DNA of 41,811 nt from Candidatus Parvarchaeota archaeon (GCA_030615175.1 JAUWZX010000005.1:1-41811), one strand, 5' to 3'; counted from the stretch's first letter, positions 17,529 to 28,175 are shown. Notes: generated by a model not told the origin, from the letters alone. Numbers and translations: made by a program.

Positions 17529-19413
17529 GCTTATAACCTCCTAAACCAAAGTCATTATATAATGTCACATTGCCCATGCTTAAATCAATCCTGTAACCTT
17601 TAACCCCTTCTGGTGATGCATTATACATGGATAACTTGCAGTTCAACAAGTAATCAAGACCCATACCCTCACTTAATGATTCAAAAGCATTGCCCTTAAA
17701 AGAAGACATGTGACCAGTCACCATTCCCTGAATCCTCACACCCTCGCACCCGTCAAAATCATTGCCTTCATAAGGACCGCCATAAATGACATTGAAATTA
17801 TACTCCTGCTCTGTAGGGAATTCCTGCCTGAAAAGAGAGCTGAACAATGAACTGTCCTTATCATAAAAAGTAACATTCAATCCATCAGGAAAAGGAATCA
17901 TCCTGGTCAAGCCTTCCATATCGCATGGACGGTCATCACTATCAGCGGTTACTATGAACCCAACACTGCTGTCCTCTGCACAGTAAAAAGTAATCATGCA
18001 GTCCTTAGAAAAACCAGGACCCCACAAAACACTGTCAAAAGGAAAATAATTAATCTCCTGGCAGGCAGGACTAATACAGTAACCTCCCCTCTGCGTGTAA
18101 TAATCCATGTAAACACTTGCTTCAGTAAGATGATAATAATCACAGTCATCCCCCACGCCAGGATAGCATAATTCATAATCAGTCTCCAATTCTAACGTAA
18201 TATCAATATCTGTTTCAGGATAAAAACTATTATACAATAATAAGAATGAATTAATATTAGTGTCATTTACTTGTCCAGTACATGACTCTTCAACGCACAT
18301 GCCTCCAATCATGAATTCATAATCAGCACAGCATGACTCATTACTTTCCTCATCACATTCAAGTTTTGAAATATCCTTTAAATCATAACAAACATCCCTA
18401 ACCCATCCATCAGCAGGGCAGGCATCGCTTGATAAACTATGAATCCCGGGGCAGTACTCCTCGCATAAAACGGTTTCTGAACGCTTAATTATCCTGTAAC
18501 CAGAAGGCAGTATAACCGTGAAGTTCTCACTTAAGTCATTCCAGTAAGGAATTTCATCATAAAGAACATCACCCCATCCATTATCACATGACTTAAATAA
18601 CTCGGATAACAAGCCGCCCAGCCCCTCCCTTAAACTGTCCTTGAAATCAGCGGTTGAAACATGATTCCAGTAAGTTGATGCATAAAAAGTCAGGTTGCCT
18701 TCATATAAATTAAAAGTGTTAGGCATAACGCTTTTAGGCACTACTAGCGCCCTCCTCACTGCCTCAAAATCATTAAGGTCCAAGTAAAGTTCAGAAAAAG
18801 CCTCATAATCACTAGCCCCTCTGTAAAAACTGCCCTTGCCAAGCACAAGCACAGGATTCCAGTAAAAATCATTCTCAGGGTGAGGCCTGAAAGTGAATTT
18901 AACTCCATAAGAACCAGGCGAACCATTGTCCGGGTTGCGGTAAATCATTACCGGCTCTATCCTCTTAATCCACATTCCGTCGCAGACAAGCCCGCGCTCA
19001 TTAGCAGTTACTTCAGTAATGACCTGATTACTCTCCCTCTTAGGCCTGCCATCAGCGTGATAATTATCGCAGTCGCAGTAAACCATTAATAAAGGAATAA
19101 CAGGGTATAACTGCACTGTCAAAGGGTCAAACGCGACCCCGCAGTCAAGGCATTTATCCGTGATGCAGCTGCCTGGCAGCCCGGTACTGACATCAGTGAC
19201 TCCGGAAGGCATGGCGTATAATGAATTCTGAACTAATGAGATAAGATTGCCTGTTAACTTAATGCCAATAACAATGCTGATTTGCTCCTGAATAAAACTA
19301 CTAATCCCTGTCAGTATGAACATTGGACCAATAACAGCGATTATTATTATCGCAATCTGAACTATTAAAAAAGTTCCAGACCCCTGCGCCTTAATCGAAA
19401 GCAGGATAAACAC
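17518..19413 (-). CDS. Large Cys-rich pilin-like protein
   Basis: IKA|QGSGTFLIVQIAIIIIAVI followed by an acidic Cys-rich ectodomain; start codon uncertain. Confidence 0.7.
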   Translation of the reverse strand: MFILLSIKAQGSGTFLIVQIAIIIIAVIGPMFILTGISSFIQEQISIVIGIKLTGNLISLVQNSLYAMPSGVTDVSTGLPGSCITDKCLDCGVAFDPLTVQLYPVIPLLMVYCDCDNYHADGRPKRESNQVITEVTANERGLVCDGMWIKRIEPVMIYRNPDNGSPGSYGVKFTFRPHPENDFYWNPVLVLGKGSFYRGASDYEAFSELYLDLNDFEAVRRALVVPKSVMPNTFNLYEGNLTFYASTYWNHVSTADFKDSLREGLGGLLSELFKSCDNGWGDVLYDEIPYWNDLSENFTVILPSGYRIIKRSETVLCEEYCPGIHSLSSDACPADGWVRDVCYDLKDISKLECDEESNESCCADYEFMIGGMCVEESCTGQVNDTNINSFLLLYNSFYPETDIDITLELETDYELCYPGVGDDCDYYHLTEASVYMDYYTQRGGYCISPACQEINYFPFDSVLWGPGFSKDCMITFYCAEDSSVGFIVTADSDDRPCDMEGLTRMIPFPDGLNVTFYDKDSSLFSSLFRQEFPTEQEYNFNVIYGGPYEGNDFDGCEGVRIQGMVTGHMSSFKGNAFESLSEGMGLDYLLNCKLSMYNASPEGVKGYRIDLSMGNVTLYNDFGLGGYKRVE

Positions 19414-22400
19414 CTTCAGCAGTTAATACAATGCCATTACTCCACGCGTAATCACTTTCACCATATCTTTTAACACTTAATTTATTAATATTATCAATGA
19501 ATGGCCCTCCAAAACCTGCAGGGTCGCCGTAAGCCCCAACCCAGTACTGGAATGCCCTGACCTGCTTCTCCTCGCAGGTTAATCCTGACTTAAAACTAGC
19601 TGATTCGCAGACGTCATCGCAAGTGAATGAAAAGCATGCAGTCATTGTATTACGATAACATGCCTCCCCTACCGAGTAATTGCAGACGTTCTCAAAAGCA
19701 GTGCCTAACTGACCTAATGGCCCAAGTTCAACATCCTTATTATTACAGTACCAGTCCTCTGAAGCTAAACCAAAAATGCTTCCTAACGCGTCAATCCACA
19801 GGTCAAGGTCTCCTAACTCCCTTAAAACCACCCTGGTATAACAGTAATTTGACTCATTAACCCAGATTAATTCATTAGTACCGCATCCTAACTCATCAAG
19901 CCGGACGCATGAAATAGGTCTCATCCTGTTAGGATTAAAAGTCCGGATAGCACCGTCAGCGTACATGATTTCCTCAACAAATCCTCCAGAGTCAAAAACA
20001 TCTGAATAAAAGGATGCTATTGCCAGGTTAAAAAAATAACCAGCAGCCATGCCGGCTAACTTCTTTACTAATCCTTTCAGAAAATTTTTAATAAGCCCTG
20101 ACGCGATTTTCTTTAAAATCTTGCTCTTAATGCTAAAGCCAGTAATGCTTAAAGTAAAATGCGGAGTTAAAAGAACATCCTCTATCTTCTCTGTAAAAGA
20201 ATCCGACACTCTTGAAACAATCTCCTCGCCAGAGAAGAACACTAATAACGCTTTATTAGACTTAAAGAAAGGGTTTAAGTTTGATAATAATTGAGGAACG
20301 AGCCGGGCAGTGCTCGTGTACCTGTTCAATGACAATAAATCATTAATATTACTGTAACCCTTAAACCAGCCCTTAAAATCACTTTCTCTTGAATGCAAGC
20401 CGCTTGGTCCGGGCCAGCACTTAACTCTTGATACCTCGCCAGGCTCCAGGGCTTCATCCACTGCATCCATTAAAGCCAAATTAAAATCACTGACTAAGTC
20501 ATCAACCAAATTGCTAATTAATGACTTAAAATTAGGATAAGGATCACCCAAGTAACCTTCATTAAATATTAACTCAAGGAATTCATTAACTGCGCGTCCA
20601 GTATAATCATTAAACAATGCATTTAAGTCATTAAAAAAAGGCGTCTTAAAAATGTCTGTCTTATAATAATCATTAAATTCATTCTCATTCATTGCATCAT
20701 AAATACCTTCAAAAATTAAGGATTTAAAACTGCCTGGTGAAGGAAGGTAACAAGTCCCTCCATCCTCAACATAATTATCCTGCAGTGACTTATTATATGA
20801 TTGAGTAAGATTGTTCCTTAATAAAACTGAATAAGCAGTAACAGCGTCAAGCGCGTCCTCAAAGACAACATCACCACCACTCCTGCTACTAATCTTTTCT
20901 GCCATTAAATTAATAAGCGGGTCTAAATCATTACCAGACGCTCTTGCCGAATAAGTTTCTAAAATACTCTCAAACACAAGCTCATCTAAATCATAAATAG
21001 AACAGAGGATAGCGTAATAACTTAAATCATCAATATGCTCTCTTAACCCTGCTTCTAATTCATCAAAAATAATTGACTTGCCCATCTCGTAAGTGAAATT
21101 ATTCCTCACATTTGATTCTGTCTCACTGCTTAAACCATAAACCTCTCCTATAGGGTTATAAACCTGATTGCACACAGTGCCAGCTAATTCATAAATAAAT
21201 TCATCATTAACCCTGTCAAGAGTGTCATTAAATGAGTAACTGATATTACTAATTAACCTATTATGAATGTCTGCTCCTAAATCAGGGTAAGAATAAAAAC
21301 CTTCAACACCTCCTAATGATTCATTTAATTCATCATAAATCATTTTTGCAAAAACACTTAGAACACCATCACCTACTGCAGTAACGTCTGACGCTTTATC
21401 CCACATTAAGTCATCATTCATGATTAAATCCACTAATGAAGGGTTAAGCGTGCAGTCACAGCCATCAGGAGTGCAGGAAGGACAATTCACTAAATCATCA
21501 TCATATGACCCTGAATCCTGGACAGGGATTAAGCCAAGGTCAGGCAATACGAAGTAAAGAATGGTGTTACTAATGTCTTCTTCCAAATTACTAAAACCAG
21601 TCTTAACTGAATCCTCCAGCAAGGAGCTGACTTCACTATTAACTGAGGCACTAATGGACTCAGGTGAGGAATCAATTATTGAATTAGTAACCATTAATTC
21701 AGTCCTATCAGCAAGATAATCTGTTAAGTCTGTATTAATTAATTCCTGCAACTCACTTGACTTATCAATTATTATGTTATTATTAATCCTGTTCTTAACA
21801 GTCACTGCCCCCTCTCCTAAGAGGTCATAAATGTCATGATTAATTAATAAGTCGCAGTCAAAAGTGGCAGTGTCACTAGTAAAACTTGAAATAGTAATGT
21901 TATCCCTGTCAGCCAGCGCGCACCCGCCGAAGTATTCGGGCGCAGAGTAAAAATAAACATTGCGTTCAACGCCTTCAATTAATTCTATTACTTCATTAGT
22001 GAGTATCGTGGTCCCTAAGTCAAGAAGTGCAAGAGTGTCAGCCAGTAATTGCTCCATAATGCCTGGCGGCGAGTAATACCAGAACGGGCAGCCAGGAGCC
22101 TTCGCGTCAGCAAGGATTGTTGAATCCCAATCAGAAGTCGTGCACTTAGCCCAATTACCCTCCCACTCATCTAACTGGAACAGGCAGAGGCAATTCGCGC
22201 CAACGCACTTCCTCATCTGCGCTGGAAGCATTCCAGCATCCTCAGGCTGGCTTAAGAAGTTTTGCGGAACATACACTTGTGAAATAATGTTAGTCCGCCC
22301 GAAAGTGCTGATTGACAAGTCAAGAGCCAATGCCTCATTAGTAGCGCCGCGACACACTGCCTCAATCGGCTCCAGGAACCGTCTGAAACCACTGAGCGCG

Positions 22401-22525
22401 GCTGACTCTGAGTAACCGCCAATTAATGATTCCAGACCTCCAAACCATGTCAGGACGACCATGCCGAAAATTAATAATGAAACAACTTCTATCAGCAAGG
22501 TTGTAATACTTGCCTTACGATTCAT
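19391..22525 (-). CDS. Giant pilin-like protein (1044 aa) with acidic helical insert and cationic amphipathic helix
   Basis: MNRKA|SITTLLIEVVSLLIFG; paralog of 22522-24906 (shared CLCLFQ, CVxxDELG and FQYW blocks). Confidence 0.75.
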   Translation of the reverse strand: MNRKASITTLLIEVVSLLIFGMVVLTWFGGLESLIGGYSESAALSGFRRFLEPIEAVCRGATNEALALDLSISTFGRTNIISQVYVPQNFLSQPEDAGMLPAQMRKCVGANCLCLFQLDEWEGNWAKCTTSDWDSTILADAKAPGCPFWYYSPPGIMEQLLADTLALLDLGTTILTNEVIELIEGVERNVYFYSAPEYFGGCALADRDNITISSFTSDTATFDCDLLINHDIYDLLGEGAVTVKNRINNNIIIDKSSELQELINTDLTDYLADRTELMVTNSIIDSSPESISASVNSEVSSLLEDSVKTGFSNLEEDISNTILYFVLPDLGLIPVQDSGSYDDDLVNCPSCTPDGCDCTLNPSLVDLIMNDDLMWDKASDVTAVGDGVLSVFAKMIYDELNESLGGVEGFYSYPDLGADIHNRLISNISYSFNDTLDRVNDEFIYELAGTVCNQVYNPIGEVYGLSSETESNVRNNFTYEMGKSIIFDELEAGLREHIDDLSYYAILCSIYDLDELVFESILETYSARASGNDLDPLINLMAEKISSRSGGDVVFEDALDAVTAYSVLLRNNLTQSYNKSLQDNYVEDGGTCYLPSPGSFKSLIFEGIYDAMNENEFNDYYKTDIFKTPFFNDLNALFNDYTGRAVNEFLELIFNEGYLGDPYPNFKSLISNLVDDLVSDFNLALMDAVDEALEPGEVSRVKCWPGPSGLHSRESDFKGWFKGYSNINDLLSLNRYTSTARLVPQLLSNLNPFFKSNKALLVFFSGEEIVSRVSDSFTEKIEDVLLTPHFTLSITGFSIKSKILKKIASGLIKNFLKGLVKKLAGMAAGYFFNLAIASFYSDVFDSGGFVEEIMYADGAIRTFNPNRMRPISCVRLDELGCGTNELIWVNESNYCYTRVVLRELGDLDLWIDALGSIFGLASEDWYCNNKDVELGPLGQLGTAFENVCNYSVGEACYRNTMTACFSFTCDDVCESASFKSGLTCEEKQVRAFQYWVGAYGDPAGFGGPFIDNINKLSVKRYGESDYAWSNGIVLTAEGVYPAFD

Positions 22526-24906
22526 TTAAGCACTCCAACTGTTTCAATGTAAATCCCGGGCTCACACCTATTATACTCGCTTTCGTAGATTTCAAAGCAT
22601 GATGCGTAAGAGTCAGGTGCCTCAGTGAAATCAATATTAGTGGATTCCCTGAAGTCAGTGTTAACTGCTGTCTTGTATAAAATTGAATATAATTCATCAA
22701 GCGTGTCTTCACTAACTGACCCTGCCTTTAATTTTTCATAAATTCCGGAAAGTTCTGAATACCCTAATTCAAACTCTATCGTACTGTCCCCGATAAGGAA
22801 TGCCAGTATCTTACTATTCCAACTTATCAAAGAAGCTAAAAGACTGGTTATTGGAGTGCCAGAACATACAGGGTTCTTGCATTCACTTAATTCCTCTGCG
22901 CACCGAGTAATCTGCATGCACTCACTGACTGACACCATTTCATCTTCAAACACTGAATCAAGGAAGTCAGTGCTCTCAATTATATCCTTAAGAATATCCC
23001 AGTCTGAGTAGTATTCAAGAACCGGTTCTGAACAATCCTCCCAAAATTTATGCCTGCAAGCGCATTCAGTCATGTCAAGCAATGCATCATGACTGCACGC
23101 TGAAACATCACTCTCACTGCTTTTAATATTAACTTCTGCTTCAAGCATGAATATGTTGCCGTCATAACTCCAGACATTTGATAAGTCAGGGTAAGGAATC
23201 CAATACTGAAAGTACTCTGCCTTTCCCTGCATCGCGTACTGCGGCACCACGCAGTCAATGAACATTCCTTTTGAACTATGTATTCCTGCCAGTAATATGT
23301 CGCCAATAATTATGTCAAGAAATCCTTTAAGGATATCATAAACCCAGGCAAAACTACCCCACAAACTTCTTGCTCCTAATATCATTTCAAAAATATTCAT
23401 TTCATAAGTCTGATCTGACTCCTGGTAACCGCAGTAAATCGCGTCCATCGGGTAATTCAGGGGGTCAGTGAGTCTGAATAACAAAAAGTAATCAGTGTCA
23501 GCAACTAATTTTACCGGATCATTGCCGCAGTTAGGTCCGAGTTCATCAATACTAACGCATGTCATGACTGATAAGTCGCTTGGAAAGAGGTCATAAACCT
23601 TCATGTCATAAGTTTGTTCAGGAGCTAATTGCCTGCCCCAGCCCTTGTCCCAGCACTTGCCTAAAAATGGATTGCCAGCAAAGCAGTCAAGGTCAGTTGC
23701 CTGTCTCTTAGCCAGTATTTCAGCAGTATTGCATGAAGGGCTTAAATCAACAGGCTTAGGTGTTTTAAGCACGAACTGGGCTAATGAACGCCTTAAAGGA
23801 AAAAAAGTTAGTTTAGACGTCCAAAGGCCTGCTACTAAAGCATACTTAATAACCTTAAACCATTTTGAACCCATTACTGCTCCAAGTTGAGACATTTTAT
23901 GAAAAGCCAGAAGACCTGAAGGAGCTTCATCCAGCTTCCCGGCAACACTGGATAAACCTTTAGTTAATCCTTTAATTAATCCTTTAATGAAGTATTCATA
24001 CCCAGCCTCAAGTGCTGAGGAGAAAGAATCTTCTAAAATATCGCCAAATACAGCCCAATCATCCGGCTTCATGACTGCATAACAGTCATATGTCCCGTCG
24101 CCATCCTTCCATTCAAGCATGTCCTTACTGCCTTGAGTCATTAAGTTCTGAGGGTAATTATAAAAAAGCAATGGCTCAAAAGTCCTGTGAATTAACTCCT
24201 CAATAAACACCCAGACGAATCCTGAAATAGCGTAAAGAGCTCCAAAAGCTAAAGGACATGTTATTAACGCCCAAGGACCCTTCTCAGGGCTGCATGCAGC
24301 AGCGACCCCTGTGAGTGAAGGAACAATGTAAGTAAGAGTTATTACTTGAATTATGTTCATAAAAAATCTTATCAGAATCACTGGCATTAACTTTGTCAGC
24401 GCAGTAATTCCTGGAGTATTAAAATGCCATAATGGTGCTGCATCGCTGGGCTTAAAAACCCAAGGACCAGTAGTGGTTACTTGCGCCCAAATATCAGAAG
24501 TATCAGGCGTCTCAGTATAAGCCCATGAAGACCATAACTTGCGCCTCATCTGGAACAAGCACAGGCAGTACTGGTCAGTGCACTTCTCAAGCATTGCCTG
24601 CGGATACTTGTATGACTCATCCTCAAAGTAAGTTTCACCACTGCCAAGTTTTGTCTGGAAAATGCCGTAAACATAATTAAAGTCAAGAGTTGGCAGCCTA
24701 ACATCAAACGCGAGAGCTCTCTGACCAGGATTATTACACGCTTCTGAAATAGGACTTATGAAGTTCTCAAAACCCCTGACAGCATCAGATTTCTGAGTGT
24801 TAGCAAGGAAAGAATTATAAACGTAGAACGCGCCTGAAAAAACAACACCCACTGCTAACAGGGTTATCACAACGTTTAAAACCTCACCAATTATCCCTCT
24901 GCGCAT
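22522..24906 (-). CDS. Giant pilin-like protein (794 aa) with internal hydrophobic hairpin
   Basis: MRRG|IIGEVLNVVITLLAVG; two internal hydrophobic segments; paralog of 19391-22525. Confidence 0.75.
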   Translation of the reverse strand: MRRGIIGEVLNVVITLLAVGVVFSGAFYVYNSFLANTQKSDAVRGFENFISPISEACNNPGQRALAFDVRLPTLDFNYVYGIFQTKLGSGETYFEDESYKYPQAMLEKCTDQYCLCLFQMRRKLWSSWAYTETPDTSDIWAQVTTTGPWVFKPSDAAPLWHFNTPGITALTKLMPVILIRFFMNIIQVITLTYIVPSLTGVAAACSPEKGPWALITCPLAFGALYAISGFVWVFIEELIHRTFEPLLFYNYPQNLMTQGSKDMLEWKDGDGTYDCYAVMKPDDWAVFGDILEDSFSSALEAGYEYFIKGLIKGLTKGLSSVAGKLDEAPSGLLAFHKMSQLGAVMGSKWFKVIKYALVAGLWTSKLTFFPLRRSLAQFVLKTPKPVDLSPSCNTAEILAKRQATDLDCFAGNPFLGKCWDKGWGRQLAPEQTYDMKVYDLFPSDLSVMTCVSIDELGPNCGNDPVKLVADTDYFLLFRLTDPLNYPMDAIYCGYQESDQTYEMNIFEMILGARSLWGSFAWVYDILKGFLDIIIGDILLAGIHSSKGMFIDCVVPQYAMQGKAEYFQYWIPYPDLSNVWSYDGNIFMLEAEVNIKSSESDVSACSHDALLDMTECACRHKFWEDCSEPVLEYYSDWDILKDIIESTDFLDSVFEDEMVSVSECMQITRCAEELSECKNPVCSGTPITSLLASLISWNSKILAFLIGDSTIEFELGYSELSGIYEKLKAGSVSEDTLDELYSILYKTAVNTDFRESTNIDFTEAPDSYASCFEIYESEYNRCEPGIYIETVGVLK

Positions 24907-24993
24907 CTAATTAAATCCTAATGCTTCCTTATTATTAAAATTTTGTTCTCAGTTATTTCTGCTAAAAAATTCCTTTTTCTAAAAGAGTTGCTC

Positions 24994-25152
24994 TCAATCA
25001 ATCAAGTCTGACAAGTTGCCAATAATAGTGGTATGAGTATCATTTAATATGTCAGTCTGCTGAACAACACCATATATCAGGAAGATTACTAGTCCAACAG
25101 TAACTATTACGAGTAATACTATAATTCCTATTGTGCTGATACCTATTTCCAT
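24994..25152 (-). CDS. Small pilin-like protein (52 aa), no leader, not in ORF track
   Basis: MEIGISTIGIIVLLVIVTVGLVIFLIYGVVQQTDILNDTHTTIIGNLSDLID*. Confidence 0.7.
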   Translation of the reverse strand: MEIGISTIGIIVLLVIVTVGLVIFLIYGVVQQTDILNDTHTTIIGNLSDLID

Positions 25153-25368
25153 TCACGCACCATCCTCGCCTGACTGCCAGCCAGGAAGAGTTTCCAATGC
25201 TGATGAAATATTAATTCCTTCAGTAACAGTCTTGCTCGTGCCTGAGATTATACCCCCCTGCTCTGATAACCCTGCAAAGAAGAACACTGCAACAGCAACT
25301 ACTACTAAGACAACTAAAATTATTACCCCAATCATTTGTATGGGCATGCCCTGTGCTTTCCTGCTCAT
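25153..25368 (-). CDS. Small type IV pilin
   Basis: MSRKA|QGMPIQMIGVIILVVLVVVAV. Confidence 0.85.
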   Translation of the reverse strand: MSRKAQGMPIQMIGVIILVVLVVVAVAVFFFAGLSEQGGIISGTSKTVTEGINISSALETLPGWQSGEDGA

Positions 25369-25404
25369 CTAATTTAAATTAGAATCATTAAGTGTTTATT
25401 AAAT

Positions 25405-25713
25405 TTATTGAATAATGCAAAGCCCTCCCCTGGTTGACACCTCGCACGCCCCTGTCTTATTCACGCAGTCACTTAAGTATTCCTGCACTGCTGGTTTCTG
25501 TTTGAATTCATCGCAGTTATTGTAATTAAATGCTTGCCCGAGGAATTCCTGGCACGAGTCCTGGCACTCAGAGTGAGTTAGTGACTGCCCAATTGCTGCA
25601 ACATCTCCCTCAGCCCGCATGAAAGTGATTAAGAAGAATATTCCTAAAGCGAAGAAAACAAGCAAGCCTATGCTCACGTATAATGCTTTCTTTACAGGGA
25701 ATCCGGCTCTCAT
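25405..25713 (-). CDS. Type IV pilin, paralog of the two upstream pilins
   Basis: N-terminal TM; ECQDSCQ...AFNYNNC...GACEVSTRGG shared with 25732 and 26078. Confidence 0.8.
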   Translation of the reverse strand: MRAGFPVKKALYVSIGLLVFFALGIFFLITFMRAEGDVAAIGQSLTHSECQDSCQEFLGQAFNYNNCDEFKQKPAVQEYLSDCVNKTGACEVSTRGGLCIIQ

Positions 25714-25731
25714 GCGAAACCAAATGTTTTT

Positions 25732-26064
25732 TTAAGTGCAACCACCAATATCACAGGCGCAGCTTACTCCACCTCTAACAGTTACAGTGCACGCCCCGAA
25801 CTGTGATGCGCAGCCATCAGTTGCTATGTACTCCTCTACTTGCGGGTTGCCTTCTAAGGCATTACACGTCTCATAATTAAATGCTGATGTTACTATCCCC
25901 TGACATTTTGCCTGGCATTCTGCCTGAGTTGCATTAGTTACTTGCATGCTAGCACCTGCTGAACCGAATCCTGAAATAAAGAATGCTCCGACCACTACAA
26001 GAACTAATAAAGCCAAGGCAGTCAGGACAATCATGTTAACAGGCAATCCTTGTGCTTTACTCAT
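25732..26064 (-). CDS. Type IV pilin (candidate major pilin)
   Basis: MSKA|QGLPVNMIVLTALALLVLVVVGAFF; Cys-rich head. Confidence 0.9.
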   Translation of the reverse strand: MSKAQGLPVNMIVLTALALLVLVVVGAFFISGFGSAGASMQVTNATQAECQAKCQGIVTSAFNYETCNALEGNPQVEEYIATDGCASQFGACTVTVRGGVSCACDIGGCT

Positions 26065-26441
26065 AAATCATCAACTGCTATGGAAACTCTTCAATTCCGC
26101 ATGTTGCGCCACCACTTAAGGTTACTGTACACGTTCCAAAACTTGGCGCGCAATCCATGGCATATACACAGGCTTTAGTTGTGCTTTTTAATCCACTACT
26201 ACCAGAGCCTGGGCACGCACTAGAGCTAACAGGTTTTGTGCCATATGCACCGCAGTCATTGTAATTATAAGCCATTGTCGTTAATGCCTGGCAGTCTGAC
26301 TGACAGCTTGCCTGAGTTGCATTAACTACTTGCATGCTAGCACCTGCTGAACCGAATCCTGAAATAAAGAATGCTCCGACCACTACAAGAACTAATAAAG
26401 CCAAGGCAGTCAGGACAATCATGTTAACAGGCAATCCTTGT
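25921..26441. repeat. 133-bp near-identical direct repeat (25921-26053 and 26309-26441) encoding the pilin N-terminal helices
   Basis: Manual alignment: 2 mismatches, with a 115-bp perfect stretch. Confidence 0.95.
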
Positions 26442-26452
26442 CCAATCCTCAT
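26078..26452 (-). CDS. Type IV pilin (candidate major pilin, 124 aa)
   Basis: MRIG|QGLPVNMIVL...; start 26452 fits the class III leader and the upstream TATA box. Confidence 0.9.
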   Translation of the reverse strand: MRIGQGLPVNMIVLTALALLVLVVVGAFFISGFGSAGASMQVVNATQASCQSDCQALTTMAYNYNDCGAYGTKPVSSSACPGSGSSGLKSTTKACVYAMDCAPSFGTCTVTLSGGATCGIEEFP

Positions 26453-26476
26453 TAGAATAAAATTAGGGCTTGCACG

Positions 26477-26490
26477 TTTATAAATTTTCC
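26477..26490 (-). promoter_or_regulatory. BRE-TATA internal promoter for the pilin genes
   Basis: Minus strand GGAAAATTTATAAA ending about 25 nt before ATG 26452. Confidence 0.6.
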
Positions 26491-28175
26491 TAATCACAGA
26501 TTCCCTGCTCAATTAATCCTGTAATTGTTAAGCCATACTCAACCCCTGACTCAGTCTCCACTGCAATTCCCTGCTCTGACAAGAAGTAATCGCACTGCCC
26601 GGCAAGCACTAATAAGTCGTTCTCGCCATAAAACCTGCACGGGTCGCAGTCAAGTGAGCGGATAAAACAGGATTTAACAGTATCAAACTCATCAGCGTAC
26701 TCAAGCAAGGCATTACTTAATCCTCTGCCAAAATCACTATTAACTAAGCACCCGCACGCGTAATCCTGCCCCCATTCAGAATTCTTAACTGAATCACATG
26801 ACTCTCCTGAAACAAGACTACTAATAACGCTTTCTTTTAAATTATTACAAGCAGCATCACCCAAGTAAGAAGCATCAGTTTCCGGATTTAATGACACAAC
26901 ATTGTCAGTGGAGAATAAGGCAGTCCTGTAATCATTACTGTAATCACCATCAAGCGTTAATGAATAATCATAATGGCAAAAATTATCCTCACTTACATCC
27001 TGCCTCTGCTCAACATAGAATAAATAGTGATTTAACCCTTCATATGCCTCAACCTTAAAACTGCCGGAAAACTCTGGAGGATAATTCTGCGTCTTACCGC
27101 TCGTACACCCGTTAATTGAATCCTTGCCCGGAACATTCAGTGTTGACTGGGAAAAACAATTGCTAATCTCAACGCTGAATTCACATTCATTGAATAATTT
27201 CTTGCAGGGGCATGGAAGGTCGCAGTACTGAATATTAAGACTTAAGTCATTAACTGGAACCCCTATCGCCCTGAATAATGAATACTGAAGTATTGTAAAG
27301 TCCTCGCACCTGCCATTAACAGGCGTATAAATCTGACCTCCATTGTCAGGGTCAATCCTGTCCAGCAACCCCCAGGAAGGCAGGCAGTCATCATCGTACT
27401 GCTTTGATTCATAACATAGTGAATAAGCCCTGTCACTGCACCTGAAGTAATTATTAATATCCTCACCACTCCTGTAATCATACCTGAAATTCTCAGGATT
27501 AACTAAATCATTAAGGTTAATACTGCTCCAGCATGGAATATTATGAAATCCTTTTAAGTGGTCGTCCGCCAGGCAGAAATCAGACATGCCCCAATGCCAT
27601 TTTGAAAAAGAACTGGCGCAGTTAAAATCACCTGTCAGGCAATCATACATTACTGTAACCGCCCGTTCCTGCTGGCTTAAGCCAATCTCACTTAACTCAT
27701 CTGTCTGCTCATCTAAGAAGCAGTGACCCTCATCATCATCCTGAATATTATCACTAAAACCCCAAGGAATGCCCCACCTCTGCCCAAAGCCAAGTTCAGT
27801 TAATAAGGCATCACGGTAACATCTTGTTTCCATAGGCCATGGAAATATAGGATTCTTCCACCTGGCATTTTCAAGCGCCAAGGTCGCGGCAAGAATTAAA
27901 TGTTCATTACAAGGGAAGAAAGTGATTACGTCACTCGTATCCTGAACTTTAAGGAATGATGAATCAGAATAAATTATCTCCTCATCACCTCCGAGAGACG
28001 TGTAGCAAGAAAGCATGCAAGGCAAGTCCTCAGAAGTAAGCAAGGGCAGTTCAGCACGGCTGATAGCTGCTACTAACTGGTTTTGAGGAAGGAATGTGAC
28101 AACTACTAAGGCAACAATGACTATCACTACTACCACAAGAATTAACTTCAATAACTGATTAGCTTCAAAGTCCAT
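26490..28175 (-). CDS. Pilin-like membrane-anchored protein with transglutaminase-like Cys motif
   Basis: MDFEANQLLKLILVVVVIVIVALVV; GRCEDFTILQYSLFRAIGVP. Confidence 0.75.
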   Translation of the reverse strand: MDFEANQLLKLILVVVVIVIVALVVVTFLPQNQLVAAISRAELPLLTSEDLPCMLSCYTSLGGDEEIIYSDSSFLKVQDTSDVITFFPCNEHLILAATLALENARWKNPIFPWPMETRCYRDALLTELGFGQRWGIPWGFSDNIQDDDEGHCFLDEQTDELSEIGLSQQERAVTVMYDCLTGDFNCASSFSKWHWGMSDFCLADDHLKGFHNIPCWSSINLNDLVNPENFRYDYRSGEDINNYFRCSDRAYSLCYESKQYDDDCLPSWGLLDRIDPDNGGQIYTPVNGRCEDFTILQYSLFRAIGVPVNDLSLNIQYCDLPCPCKKLFNECEFSVEISNCFSQSTLNVPGKDSINGCTSGKTQNYPPEFSGSFKVEAYEGLNHYLFYVEQRQDVSEDNFCHYDYSLTLDGDYSNDYRTALFSTDNVVSLNPETDASYLGDAACNNLKESVISSLVSGESCDSVKNSEWGQDYACGCLVNSDFGRGLSNALLEYADEFDTVKSCFIRSLDCDPCRFYGENDLLVLAGQCDYFLSEQGIAVETESGVEYGLTITGLIEQGICD

